DNA of 64,000 bases, taken from an uncultured delta proteobacterium (GTDB taxonomy: Bacteria; Desulfobacterota; Binatia; Binatales; Binataceae). The translations under genes and the position numbers were made by a program. Within the stretch, counting starts at the first letter, position 1, and each line of letters opens with the position of its first letter. The stretch covers positions 1-64,000 of the forward strand of contig CAWCDG010000010.1 in NCBI GenBank assembly GCA_963794325.1, read 5' to 3'. The notes beneath the pieces are model-generated. The model had not been told where the DNA came from. It did no database searches and was given only the letters and a program-made list of their open reading frames with translations. Below are positions 10,508-20,136 of this stretch, piece by piece.

Positions 10508-11086
10508 TTATGCGCGCGCTTTGCGCAGCTTGCGCGCTGACGCGCGCTTCGCGATGCGCACGCGCTCAGGGCGGCGCTTGACGCGCGCCGCCGATGCCTT
10601 CCCCGCGACTTTGGTCGCGGGCTTCTGGATTGCGGCCGCAGTCGCGGCCGCAACCGGCGCCGCCGCTGCTAGCGCCGGCGCCAGCTCACCCTCGGCGGCT
10701 GCCCGCTCCGCTTCCAGCACCATCTGTGCGCGGCGCCGCGCGATCGCGTCGAGCCGCTTGTCCTTCCACTTGCGCAACCCCATCCGCATGTACTCGGGAT
10801 TGATGTCGAGCATGTCGCAGACGTTGTCGAACGAGAAGACCCAGCGTTTGTCCTCGTGCGCGATCCATTCGTCCGCATCGCGGAACAATCGCTGGCCCTT
10901 GCTGGTCGACGCATCGATGCATTTCATGAAGCATTCGATCGCGTCCTCGAGCACGCTCAGGATGAGCCGCTTCTCGCCTTCGAGCAGATGCTTCTTGCGC
11001 ATCGCCTCGAAATATTGAATGGGCAAAAGCGTGTCGGGCTCGAACAGCCCCGGCAATCTCTCGTCCAGTGTTTCCTTTTCCTGCAT
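10508..11086 (-). CDS. Hypothetical protein with basic Ala/Lys/Arg-rich tail
   Basis: Globular core (EKRLILSVLEDAIECF..FSFDNVCDMLDINPEY); RBS GGAGA; downstream of iscX. Confidence 0.75.
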   Translation of the reverse strand: MQEKETLDERLPGLFEPDTLLPIQYFEAMRKKHLLEGEKRLILSVLEDAIECFMKCIDASTSKGQRLFRDADEWIAHEDKRWVFSFDNVCDMLDINPEYMRMGLRKWKDKRLDAIARRRAQMVLEAERAAAEGELAPALAAAAPVAAATAAAIQKPATKVAGKASAARVKRRPERVRIAKRASARKLRKARA

Positions 11087-11173
11087 CTTCTCTCCGTTTT
11101 CCGCCTTCAATGTCGTACTTGCTTCCACCGGCCCCACCTCCCCAGTTAAGTTATGACGCAGCCACGTCTGCGC

Positions 11174-11398
11174 CTATTCAGAGTCGTCTTCGTTCTGTTC
11201 CTTATATATTTCGTGCCATGCCATCTGTATGGCTTCTAATTTTGCTTCGGTTGAGCCTTCGCGATTGTCATCGAACTCGTCGAGGTCGATAACCCATTGA
11301 CGCAGATCAGTAAACCGCGCGTCGAGTGGATTCAGTCCCGGATGGTTCTCCGCCAGCACTTCCGCAAGCTCTTCGGCCTGATCCCACTTGAGTCCCAT
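11174..11398 (-). CDS. iscX: Fe-S assembly protein IscX
   Basis: MGLKW..RFTDLRQWV..KLEAIQMAW; position after hscA. Confidence 0.92.
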   Translation of the reverse strand: MGLKWDQAEELAEVLAENHPGLNPLDARFTDLRQWVIDLDEFDDNREGSTEAKLEAIQMAWHEIYKEQNEDDSE

Positions 11399-11444
11399 AG
11401 TCAAATATACGTCTCTGTTCCGACTTCCGTTGCAGTTCCTTCTG

Positions 11445-13319
11445 CTAGGAGAGTTCCTCGACTGATTTCTTTTCGAGCGCCAATTTAATAGCTGCGTCCA
11501 TTATCCGTTCCGCGAACGGAGTAGTTATCTCGTTCAGCTCTTCGACGAGTTTTGCGATTAGCTCGCGATCGGTTCCCGTTCGGGCCGCCTCCAGCCGCTC
11601 CACCACCTCATCCATCCGTGCACGCTCGCCAGCCGTGACCAGCCGGCCGTATTCGCCGAGCTGCTTTCGAAGCGCGCCCAGGATTTGGTCGGCGTCGTTA
11701 CGCGCCGAAATCAGCAGGCGCTCTTCGAGATCTTGTTCCCCAAGATCAATTGCCTCTTCGAGCATTCGCTCGATTTCATCGTCCGTCAGTCCGTAGCTCG
11801 GCTTGACGTCGACCGAGTGCTCGCGGCCCGTGCGCTCATCGCGCGCATTGACATTTAGTATCCCGTTTGCATCGATGAGGAAAGTGACTTCGATACGCGG
11901 GACACCCGCCGGCTGCGCTTGAATCGGGCCCAGCTTGAAGCGCGCCAAGCTACGGCAATCCTTAGCAAGTTCGCGTTCTCCTTGCAAAACGTGGATATCA
12001 ACATGCGTTTGATTATCCACAGCCGTGGTAAATCCTTCAGCTACGCTTGTCGGAATGGTGGTATTACGATGTATGAGACGTTCCATTACGCCGCCCATCG
12101 TTTCGATGCCAAGCGACAGCGGAACTACGTCCAGCAGGAGCATGTCGCCCTGATTCCCCATTAGCACAGAGGCCTGCACGGCGGCTCCCAGAGCGACCAC
12201 CTGGTCTGGGTTTATCGAACACAGAGGTTCTCGCTGGAACATCTCGGCGACGCGTCGGCGGACGACAGGCATTCGCGTAGATCCACCCACCAGCACCACG
12301 GCGTCGATGTTGCCGGGGGTCAGCTTAGCGTCGGCGACCGCCAGTTCGCATCGCTTGAGCGTGCGGGCGACGAATGGCGCCGCAATTTGCTCGAGCGCGT
12401 CACGAGTCAGATGTTTGCGAATCGAATGGCCGGGGAGTTCGACGACTACGTCGGTCTCGGTCGCGTCGGTGAGGCGTTTCTTGGCGTCCTCGGCGGCCAT
12501 CCGTGCGCTGTTCCAGACATGGCGATCGAGCTTCAGCGTGTCGGGAACTTCGGCCAGCAGCCAATCGACGATCGCGCGGTCGATATCGTCACCGCCGAGA
12601 TGCGTATCGCCGTTGGTGGCGAGCACCTCGAAGATTCCTTCCTTGATGCTGAGAATCGAGATGTCGAAAGTGCCGCCGCCGAAGTCGAACACCGCGACGT
12701 TGCCGGTGGCCATCTTGTTAAGACCGTAGGCGAGCGACGCTGCGGTCGGCTCGTTCACCAGGCGCACGACTTCGAGCCCGGCCAGACGGCCGGCATCCTT
12801 GGTGGCCTGGCGCTGCCCGTCGTTGAAGTAGGCGGGAACGGTGATTACGACGCGCTCGACTTTTTCGTTTTCGTTGTTGCCAAGCGCGCGTTCGGCGCCG
12901 TTCTTGAGCGCGCGAAGAATTTCGGCGGATATTTGCGAGGGCATGAAGACGCGCTTGCCGATTTGAAACCGAACGACCGGCCCGCTCAGATCGGCGAAGG
13001 TGTAGCGTGCGCGATCCTCGGGCGCGATTTCGTCGCCACCCAGTCCCATATAGCGCTTGACGGATCGGATGACGGCGCCGTATTCGCCGCCGGCAAAGCC
13101 GACTGCGCTCACGCGGCCGTCGCGCTCGACCGTCAGATGCGGTTCCATCTCGATTGCGCGCTCGCCGACGGTGACTTGGCCATCAGGTGCAATCGCGACC
13201 ACGCTCGGCAACAACGCGCTAGCGTTCTCACCGACCGGGATTACCCGCGGCGCGCCATTTTCCATGGCGGCGATTAGGCTGTTGGTGGTGCCGAGGTCTA
13301 TGCCAAAAATTCGTGCCAT
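11445..13319 (-). CDS. hscA: Fe-S chaperone HscA (Hsp70)
   Basis: [24 protein letters not shown]; isc context. Confidence 0.92.
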   Translation of the reverse strand: MARIFGIDLGTTNSLIAAMENGAPRVIPVGENASALLPSVVAIAPDGQVTVGERAIEMEPHLTVERDGRVSAVGFAGGEYGAVIRSVKRYMGLGGDEIAPEDRARYTFADLSGPVVRFQIGKRVFMPSQISAEILRALKNGAERALGNNENEKVERVVITVPAYFNDGQRQATKDAGRLAGLEVVRLVNEPTAASLAYGLNKMATGNVAVFDFGGGTFDISILSIKEGIFEVLATNGDTHLGGDDIDRAIVDWLLAEVPDTLKLDRHVWNSARMAAEDAKKRLTDATETDVVVELPGHSIRKHLTRDALEQIAAPFVARTLKRCELAVADAKLTPGNIDAVVLVGGSTRMPVVRRRVAEMFQREPLCSINPDQVVALGAAVQASVLMGNQGDMLLLDVVPLSLGIETMGGVMERLIHRNTTIPTSVAEGFTTAVDNQTHVDIHVLQGERELAKDCRSLARFKLGPIQAQPAGVPRIEVTFLIDANGILNVNARDERTGREHSVDVKPSYGLTDDEIERMLEEAIDLGEQDLEERLLISARNDADQILGALRKQLGEYGRLVTAGERARMDEVVERLEAARTGTDRELIAKLVEELNEITTPFAERIMDAAIKLALEKKSVEELS

Positions 13320-13341
13320 CTTCTTTTTAGTATTAAAAGCC

Positions 13342-13977
13342 TCAGGCGGCCTTTGTGTTTTCGAGCGCCCGATCCACGTCGCGAATCAGAGTGCGCAGGT
13401 ACGCGATATTCGAAAGGATCGCCTTGAGTTCCAAGGTAAGCGCCTTCGCATCCGCGGATTGATCCCATTTCGCGAAAATTCGATCGAGCTGGGCCAACGC
13501 TTCATCCATCTTGAATTGAAGCTCGACGCGACGCGCAGTGATTTCGGTTGCGCGTTCGTGCGCCTCTTCGGGATCCGCCAGCTGCATCTCGGCGAGTTGC
13601 TCCTGCACCTCGAAGACCAGCTCGGCGAGCTCGGGCGGGACGCGCTTGTTGTTCTCGCCAAGTTTTTCACCGCTCAGTTCCAGCCAGTAGAGACCGCGCG
13701 CAACCGGGTCGCGCAGCGTGCGGTAGCTGCGAGTCAGCGTCGCGGTCGCGCGCAGACTTGCGTCGCGGACCTTGGGGCCCTTCGATGCGAACCGATCGGG
13801 ATGAATCTTGCGGCTCAATTCGTGATAGCGGCGCTCGAGCGCGTCGAGCTCGATCGTCAGCTTGCGCGGCAGGCCCAGCGCACTGAAATAGTCGATCGGC
13901 GCCGCGAGCGGCACCCCGCATTCAGCGCAAATTAACGACGGCTCCTGCTGCCGTCCACATGAAGGGCATTCGATCAT
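13342..13977 (-). CDS. hscB: Co-chaperone HscB with N-terminal tetracysteine finger
   Basis: CPSC..CAEC followed by J-domain HPD. Confidence 0.92.
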   Translation of the reverse strand: MIECPSCGRQQEPSLICAECGVPLAAPIDYFSALGLPRKLTIELDALERRYHELSRKIHPDRFASKGPKVRDASLRATATLTRSYRTLRDPVARGLYWLELSGEKLGENNKRVPPELAELVFEVQEQLAEMQLADPEEAHERATEITARRVELQFKMDEALAQLDRIFAKWDQSADAKALTLELKAILSNIAYLRTLIRDVDRALENTKAA

Positions 13978-14007
13978 CTTGAGACGCCAGTCCCCACGTC
14001 CACTCGT

Positions 14008-14331
14008 TCATACGACGAACGACTCACCACATCCGCAACTGCGCTTGGCATTAGGATTGACGACCTTGAAGCCCGACGACATCAGTTCTTCGCCGTAGTC
14101 GAGCTCCGAGCCGTTGAGGTAGAGAAAACTTTTCTTATCGACGATCAGACGCGCGCCGTCGCGCTCGAAAACCTTGTCGCGTTCCTTCGCAGCGTCGATT
14201 TCCATCCGGTACTGCAAGCCTGAGCATCCGCCGCCCACGACCTTCACTCGCAGCCCGGCGCCTTCGCCCTTGTCGGCGACCAGTTGCTTGATCTTCAGGG
14301 CAGCGCCCTCGGAAAGTGAAATCACAGCCAC
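14008..14331 (-). CDS. iscA: A-type Fe-S carrier IscA
   Basis: GGGCSG and CGCGESF. Confidence 0.92.
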   Translation of the reverse strand: MAVISLSEGAALKIKQLVADKGEGAGLRVKVVGGGCSGLQYRMEIDAAKERDKVFERDGARLIVDKKSFLYLNGSELDYGEELMSSGFKVVNPNAKRSCGCGESFVV

Positions 14332-14337
14332 GAGAAG

Positions 14338-14760
14338 TTACGCCTCCTTCGACTTCGGATGCTCTTCGACGGCGACATCGTCGCCCCTCCGCTTGCGCCA
14401 GTCGGTGATCGCGGCCTTGATCGCGTCCTCGGCCAGCACCGAGCAGTGAATCTTCACCGGCGGCAGATTGAGTTCCTTGACGATGACGGTGTTCTTAATC
14501 GTCATCGCCTCGTCGATATGCTTGCCCTTGACCAGTTCGGTGACGTAGCTCGAACTTGCGATCGCGCTGCCGCATCCGAAGGTCTTGAAGCGCGCATCCT
14601 CGATCACGCCGGCGTCGCTGATCTTGAGCTGCAGCTTCATCACGTCACCACATTCCGGCGCACCGACCACGCCGGTGCCGACGTTCGCCTCGTCTTTAGC
14701 GAAGCTGCCGACGTTGCGCGGATTGTTGTAGTGCTCGATAACCTTATCTGAATAAGCCAT
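14338..14760 (-). CDS. iscU: Fe-S scaffold IscU
   Basis: MAYSDKV..GAPECGD..GCGSAIAS..LPPVKIHC. Confidence 0.96.
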   Translation of the reverse strand: MAYSDKVIEHYNNPRNVGSFAKDEANVGTGVVGAPECGDVMKLQLKISDAGVIEDARFKTFGCGSAIASSSYVTELVKGKHIDEAMTIKNTVIVKELNLPPVKIHCSVLAEDAIKAAITDWRKRRGDDVAVEEHPKSKEA

Positions 14761-14790
14761 GATTTTTTCCTGGTGCGCCGATGCTACGGG

Positions 14791-16008
14791 TTATGACTTC
14801 CAATTGACCGACTTGAGATCGATTCCTTCTTTCGCCATCTCGTACAGCGGCGACATTTCGCGCAGCCGCTTCACTTCCTTGCTCACGCGGTCAGTCACGT
14901 AATCAACTTCCTCGAGCGTGTTGAAACGGCCCAGGCCGAAACGAATCGAGCTGTGCGCGAGTTCGTCGTCGATTCCCAGAGCGCGGATAACATACGACGG
15001 CTCGAGGGTCGCCGATGTGCACGCGGAGCCCGAGCTCACCGCGATATCGTTGATTCCCATCAGCAGCGACTCGCCTTCGACATACGCGAAGCTCACGTTC
15101 AGGTTGCCCGGCAGCCGCTCGGTCGGATGACCGTTGACGTAAATCTCGTCGAGGCGCTCGAACAATCCAGCCTGTAGCTGGCTGCGCAATTGGATCAGGC
15201 GCTGCGCTTCGTCGGGCATTTCCTTGCCCGCAATTTCGCACGCCGCGCCGAGCCCGACGATTCCCGGAACGTTGAGCGTCCCCGAACGCATCCCGCGCTC
15301 ATGGCCGCCACCGTCCATTTGCGGAGAGATCCGGATGCGCGGGCCCTTCGATCGAACCCAAATCGCGCCGATTCCCTTCGGCCCGTAAATCTTGTGCGCG
15401 GTTATCGATGCGAGATCGACGCCCGCCTTTTCGACGTCGACTGGCACCTTGCCAATCGCCTGCACCGCATCGGTGTGAAAGACGATTCCTTTTTCTTTGG
15501 CGATCTTGCCTATCTCGGCGATCGGATGAATCGTGCCGATCTCGTTGTTGGCCCACATGATCGTGATCAGCACGGTCTTGTCGGTAATCGCGTTGCGCAC
15601 CGCGTCGGGATCAACCATCCCGTACTTATCGACCGGCAGGTACGTGACCGTCGCCTTGCCCGCCCGTTCGAGCGCGCGGCAACTGTCGAGCACGGCCTTG
15701 TGCTCAGTGACGCAACTGATGATGTGGTTGCCCTTGTCTTTGTAAAATTCGATGACGCCCTTGATTGCCAGGTTGTCGGACTCGGTGGCGCCGCTGGTGA
15801 AAATGATTTCCTTGGACTTGGCGCCAATCAGCGCCGCGATCTGGTCGCGCGAGCGACTGACGGCCTCTTCCGCCTCCCAACCGAAGCTATGGTTGCGGCT
15901 GGCGGCATTGCCGAACTTCTCAGTGAAATACGGGAGCATCGCATCGAGCACACGCGAATCGACGCGCGTGGTCGCATGATTGTCCATATAAACGGGCTTT
16001 TTCAACAT
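14791..16008 (-). CDS. iscS: Cysteine desulfurase IscS
   Basis: [11 protein letters not shown] lysine; SSGSACTS. Confidence 0.96.
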   Translation of the reverse strand: MLKKPVYMDNHATTRVDSRVLDAMLPYFTEKFGNAASRNHSFGWEAEEAVSRSRDQIAALIGAKSKEIIFTSGATESDNLAIKGVIEFYKDKGNHIISCVTEHKAVLDSCRALERAGKATVTYLPVDKYGMVDPDAVRNAITDKTVLITIMWANNEIGTIHPIAEIGKIAKEKGIVFHTDAVQAIGKVPVDVEKAGVDLASITAHKIYGPKGIGAIWVRSKGPRIRISPQMDGGGHERGMRSGTLNVPGIVGLGAACEIAGKEMPDEAQRLIQLRSQLQAGLFERLDEIYVNGHPTERLPGNLNVSFAYVEGESLLMGINDIAVSSGSACTSATLEPSYVIRALGIDDELAHSSIRFGLGRFNTLEEVDYVTDRVSKEVKRLREMSPLYEMAKEGIDLKSVNWKS

Positions 16009-16068
16009 CGGTTTTCCCAGTATCTATTTCCAGATCTACTCAATCAAATAATAGTGGACCTGTTAGGT

Positions 16069-16098
16069 ATAATATAGACTCTTTTCGCCGACAGTCAA
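16069..16098 (-). promoter_or_regulatory. Sigma70-type promoter of the isc operon
   Basis: Minus strand TTGACT-N18-TATTAT (alternatively N16-TATATT) upstream of iscS. Confidence 0.55.
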
Positions 16099-16118
16099 AT
16101 GAAATCGGACCATCTCGG

Positions 16119-16145
16119 AATACTGGACCCAATCAGTCTAGTAAA
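16119..16145. promoter_or_regulatory. IscR type-1-like (Rrf2) operator
   Basis: AATACTGGACCCAATCAGTCTAGTAAA is an imperfect palindrome resembling the IscR type-1 box; weaker copy at 16051-16075. Confidence 0.55.
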
Positions 16146-16200
16146 GCGATTGATCCCGTCTGTCAAGGACAATATGAGCCTTACCGAGCGGTCAAGCAAG

Positions 16201-16689
16201 CTATTTCGCGCGCGGTTTGAGGTCCATCCGGCGCTCCTCGCGCCAGTCGCTGAAGCCCAGCCGATGCCATGCCGTCGCGCCCACCCAGTTACGATGCAGG
16301 ACGCTCAGGGTGATGACCGTGATGCCCGCATCGCGGAACCATTCGTAGGCGGCTTCGAGCATCGGCTTCATTAGCCCGCGTCCTCGGAAGGCTTCGTCCA
16401 TAAAAGCCTGGCTGATGTATCCGATCGATTGAGGAAGCGCGCCGTCGGTGTTGTGTTTGAGCCTAATCCACAGATGTCCGACCAGGCGCGAGTCGCCGGC
16501 GTCTGCAACCCAGACCGCATGATGGGCGCGATTGAGCACCAGCTTCAGCCAGTTGGGCGCATCGCGGATGCCGTCCCAATCGAATTCCACGCGCGGATCG
16601 AGTGACTGCTCCCATGCGGCGAGCGCAGCGACGAGGCGGGAGAGTTCGGGGATGTCGGCTTCGGTGGCGCGGCGAATTTGGATAGGCAT
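16201..16689 (-). CDS. GNAT acetyltransferase
   Basis: IRRAT..FRGRGL acetyl-CoA motif. Confidence 0.88.
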   Translation of the reverse strand: MPIQIRRATEADIPELSRLVAALAAWEQSLDPRVEFDWDGIRDAPNWLKLVLNRAHHAVWVADAGDSRLVGHLWIRLKHNTDGALPQSIGYISQAFMDEAFRGRGLMKPMLEAAYEWFRDAGITVITLSVLHRNWVGATAWHRLGFSDWREERRMDLKPRAK

Positions 16690-16802
16690 TGTCAGCGTCC
16701 TCCGGAGGGGCGATCTGATCGTATAGCGCGAAGGACGGGTGCGGAAAACTTAGCTCGATGTGCAGAGTGCGGGCTGCGTCCGCGACGCGCGCTCAGGCGC
16801 GC

Positions 16803-16904
16803 GAGATCCTTCGCTGCGCTCAGGATGACGGAAAAAACACGCAACGCCACACCGTCATTCTGAGCGCAGCGAAGAATCTCGACGGACGCTCCTGCGGCCG
16901 GCGC
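16803..16904. repeat. REP-like doublet, family C (TTCGCTGCGCTCAGRATGAC)
   Basis: Two inverted copies at 16803-16830 and 16853-16880; the second extends into a 51-bp arm. Confidence 0.85.
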
Positions 16905-16909
16905 ACCGG

Positions 16910-17215
16910 CTACACGAATGGGCCGGGATGTGCGGCGTCGAAAGAAATCTCCAGCAGCTTGCGTTCGGTGCGGATGGATTTCAAAGCGGCTTCCCGGGTT
17001 TGCTCGAATTCCCGCTGGAGCCACAGCGCGATTCGCTCGATTAACTTCTCTGCGGAGTCATCGGCGCCAATCAAGCCAGTCGCGATGCGGAATCTGAGCG
17101 CGACCTTCTCGATTCCGTCGGCGCGCTCGAGGCTTAGCGTTAGCACTACCGAATCGTCGGTTCGCTCAAGCGCCCCAACGCTCGCGATCGTGTAAATGCC
17201 GCGGGCGCTATTCAA
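16910..17215 (-). CDS. Hypothetical protein (~101 aa) between 51-bp inverted repeats
   Basis: ORF with TTG start at 17215; the ORF-track start lies inside the repeat. Confidence 0.6.
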   Translation of the reverse strand: MNSARGIYTIASVGALERTDDSVVLTLSLERADGIEKVALRFRIATGLIGADDSAEKLIERIALWLQREFEQTREAALKSIRTERKLLEISFDAAHPGPFV

Positions 17216-17241
17216 TGCTGTTGGCAATGTGCACGCCGTTG

Positions 17242-17292
17242 GCGCCGGCCGCAGGAGCGTCCGTCGAGATTCTTCGCTGCGCTCAGAATGAC
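17242..17292. repeat. Family C repeat, perfect 51-bp inverse of 16854-16904
   Basis: Direct sequence comparison. Confidence 0.9.
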
Positions 17293-17328
17293 ACAAAAAA
17301 ACAAAAGGTCAGCCGACACAAGCCTGGT

Positions 17329-18270
17329 TCAGGCGGCGCGCGACGAGCCGGCGCCTTTCTGTGTGCGGCCGGCGCCGCCTTCCCAGAACAGCACCACCGG
17401 TCCTGCGATATAGATCGACGAATACGTGCCGGTGATGAAACCTATCAGCAGCGTGAAGGCCGATGGGCGCAGGATTGGGCCGCCGAACGCAAGCAGGCTT
17501 ATCAGCACGGTGATCGCAGTGCCCGAGGTCAGGATCGTGCGCGACAGAGTCTCGTTGATCGCGCGATTCATGATCGTTGCGATCGGCTCGCGCCGGCGCT
17601 TGGTCGAATCCTCGCGGATGCGGTCCGAGACGATGATCGTGTCATGCACCGAGTAGCCGATGACCGTCAGCACCGCGGCCAGTGTCGTCAAATCGAATTG
17701 GTACTGGCTGATGACCAGCGCGCACATCACGACCAGCACGTCGTGAATCAATGCGATCACGGCGCCTGCGCCGAAGCTCCAGCTCACGTTGCGGAACTGG
17801 ATTGCGATATACACGCCCATGAAGATGGTCGCGATGATAACCGCCGCGAAGCCTTTGCGCCGGAGGTCGCTGCCGACTTTGGCGCCGACGCTCTCGACGC
17901 GCACCACCTTCGCGACGCCGGGGCCGTAAGTTTTATCGAGCGCGGTTTCGAGTTTGGGCCCGATGCTGCCGATGTTTTTGACCGTTTCGAAGCGGGCCAG
18001 AAACGACTGCCCAGCCTTGCCGAAGTCCTGCACCGTAATTTCACCAAGATCGAGCGGCGCGAGCGCCTTTTGAATCGCGTCGCCAGTGGTCTTCTGGCTG
18101 AATTCGATTTGCGCGACGCTGCCGCCGACGAAATCGACACCGTAGTTAAGGCCCTTGGTGAGCAGCAGCACGATCGCGAGCAGATTGATCGCGGTCGATA
18201 GTGCGACGAAAAAATAACGCTTCCCGACGAAATCGAGATTGATGTCGGGACGAATCAGCTGTAAAGACAT
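17329..18270 (-). CDS. secF: Protein translocase subunit SecF
   Basis: GLNYGVDFVGG, ALIHD, GYSVHDTIIVSDRIRE, GTYSSIYIA. Confidence 0.95.
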   Translation of the reverse strand: MSLQLIRPDINLDFVGKRYFFVALSTAINLLAIVLLLTKGLNYGVDFVGGSVAQIEFSQKTTGDAIQKALAPLDLGEITVQDFGKAGQSFLARFETVKNIGSIGPKLETALDKTYGPGVAKVVRVESVGAKVGSDLRRKGFAAVIIATIFMGVYIAIQFRNVSWSFGAGAVIALIHDVLVVMCALVISQYQFDLTTLAAVLTVIGYSVHDTIIVSDRIREDSTKRRREPIATIMNRAINETLSRTILTSGTAITVLISLLAFGGPILRPSAFTLLIGFITGTYSSIYIAGPVVLFWEGGAGRTQKGAGSSRAA

Positions 18271-18311
18271 CGGCCCTGTTTAGCTTTTCGTGGTGACGCG
18301 CACAAGCATGG

Positions 18312-18737
18312 TTATCTCGCCGCTGCCCGCTTGCGCGGCGATCGCGCAGGCCGGCGCGATGACGCCCCGCTTTCTTTGACTGCCGCTGCGGCGGCCGTGG
18401 TGGCGGCTGCCTGGGCTTTGGTGCATTCGCCGCACAGATTGTTCTGATTCGCGGGGTCTTCGGTAAACCCGTCGTCGAGCGAGTGACATACTTTCATGCA
18501 TGACGCGCAGATGAAGTAGATGCCCTCGATCGTCTTGTTGATTCGTTCGCGGTTGAGCACGCGCCCGCGCAGCTTCTCGATCCGGATGCCGAGCAGCTCG
18601 CCGTACTGACGCTTGATTTTTCGCCGGCCCGCTTCGTCCTTGGGAAGGTCGGCATCCTCGTCGGACTCGTCCGCCATATCGCCGAACGAGGCGTACTTGT
18701 CACGCTTGGAGGTCTTGCTCTTGCGCGCTCTGCCCAT
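18312..18737 (-). CDS. Hypothetical Cys-rich (CxxC..CxxC) protein
   Basis: CASCMKVC..LCGEC; RBS GGGAGA. Confidence 0.7.
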   Translation of the reverse strand: MGRARKSKTSKRDKYASFGDMADESDEDADLPKDEAGRRKIKRQYGELLGIRIEKLRGRVLNRERINKTIEGIYFICASCMKVCHSLDDGFTEDPANQNNLCGECTKAQAAATTAAAAAVKESGASSRRPARSPRKRAAAR

Positions 18738-18758
18738 CGCGTGATTCTCCCTGTCCGT

Positions 18759-18929
18759 TTAGCGCGTGCGTCCGACGAAGCCGCAGGCTTTTTCGCATAC
18801 GAGGTAGAAGCCCTTGCGCCCGAAGCCGGCGAACTTGGTCACCTTGCTCTCGGCACCGCAACTGGGACAGATGTGTTTCTGCTGGAGACCCGCGTTTTTC
18901 TCGGCGGTCTTTGCCTTTTTTTCTGCCAT
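18759..18929 (-). CDS. 56-aa zinc-ribbon microprotein (absent from ORF track)
   Basis: Manual translation MAEKKAKTAEKNAGLQQKHICPSCGAESKVTKFAGFGRKGFYLVCEKACGFVGRTR; ends 21 nt before the next gene. Confidence 0.7.
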   Translation of the reverse strand: MAEKKAKTAEKNAGLQQKHICPSCGAESKVTKFAGFGRKGFYLVCEKACGFVGRTR

Positions 18930-19070
18930 GACGTGAATTGCTCTCGGATTGTATTAACGGCTGTCGAATTTGTGTTCGGAACCAGTTTGACGCAAAACGA
19001 CCCGGCCACTGGATGCTACCATCTGACCGGGTGCATTCTCAAAGGTAAGGTCGCAGCCTCGTGTAGTCAA

Positions 19071-19144
19071 GTGGCGCAGGCTTCAGCCTGTGATTCTTTC
19101 CTGGATACATGGACAAGAAAATCACAGGCTAAAGCCTGTGCCAC
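19071..19144. repeat. REPIN-like inverted REP doublet
   Basis: GTGGCGCAGGCTTCAGCCTGTGATT / AATCACAGGCTAAAGCCTGTGCCAC; 25-bp arms with 2 mismatches, each internally palindromic. Confidence 0.8.
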
Positions 19145-19154
19145 CAAAAATTAG

Positions 19155-19217
19155 TACTGGGTGCAGGGGTCACCCTGCCGAAGGAAGCGTGAAACCCACC
19201 GCGGGTTTCACATTTAA
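19155..19217 (+). repeat. Two-hairpin repeat, family A
   Basis: TACTGGGTGCAGGGGTCACCCTGCCGAAGGAAGCGTGAAACCCACCGCGGGTTTCA. Confidence 0.85.
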
Positions 19218-19278
19218 TAAAGTGAATAGCGAGTTGTGTGTTGCCCGCGCGCGCGATGCATGCAAGCGTTGATGCATC

Positions 19279-20136
19279 TTGGACTCGCGCCTCAAAGAAA
19301 ATGACGCCGTAATTTTTATCGATCGCAAGGGCCGCCGCTACATGAAGATGCTGCGGGCGGGCAAGAAACTGCTGATTCGCGGCGAGTTGCGCGCCGACGA
19401 TCTGTTCGGCGTCGAGGAAGGATCGCGCGTCAAATTCTCGACCGGCGAGGCGTTCCTCGTGCTGCGGCCGACCTACGCCGACCTGATTCCTCATCTGCCG
19501 CGCGCGTCCCAGGTGATTTATCCCAAGGACACCGGACCGCTGTTGATTTGGGGCGACGTGTTCCCGGGCTCTACGGTGATCGAAGGTGGCACCGGCGCGG
19601 GCGCGCTGACGATTGCACTGCTGAGAGCGGTAGGGCCGGCCGGGCGGGTCATTTCGTACGAGCTGCGCGAGGATTTTGCCGATGCGGCGCGCAAAAACGT
19701 GGCCGCATTTTTCGGCGACGCGCCGAACTGGACAATCAAGGTGCGCGACCTGTATGCGGGCTTCGATGAGACCGGGGTCGATCGGATGTTTCTGGATCTT
19801 GCGGAACCGGGACGCGCGCTGGCGGTCGCCGCCGCGGCGCTGAGGCCGGGCGCGGTGCTGGTTTGCTACGTGCCGACGGCGGTGCAGCTGAAAGATACCG
19901 TCGAGGCGATTCAGGCGCGCAGCGACTTCGGCGAAATTGAAAGCTTCGAGACGCTGCTGCGGCATTGGCAGGTCAAGGGGATGAGCGTCCGGCCGCATTT
20001 CAGGATGATTGCGCACTCGGCGTTTATCATCGTGTCGCGCAAGCTGGTCGCCGATGTCGCGCATCCGCAGGAATCTTTGCGTGCGCCGGATTCGTCAGAG
20101 TCAGACGGCACCGAGGTGGACGATCCGCTTGAATGA
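19279..20136 (+). CDS. trmI: tRNA (adenine-N1)-methyltransferase (m1A58)
   Basis: PRASQVIYPKD, EGGTGAG, SYELREDF, RPHFRMIAHSAF. Confidence 0.9.
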   Translation: MDSRLKENDAVIFIDRKGRRYMKMLRAGKKLLIRGELRADDLFGVEEGSRVKFSTGEAFLVLRPTYADLIPHLPRASQVIYPKDTGPLLIWGDVFPGSTVIEGGTGAGALTIALLRAVGPAGRVISYELREDFADAARKNVAAFFGDAPNWTIKVRDLYAGFDETGVDRMFLDLAEPGRALAVAAAALRPGAVLVCYVPTAVQLKDTVEAIQARSDFGEIESFETLLRHWQVKGMSVRPHFRMIAHSAFIIVSRKLVADVAHPQESLRAPDSSESDGTEVDDPLE

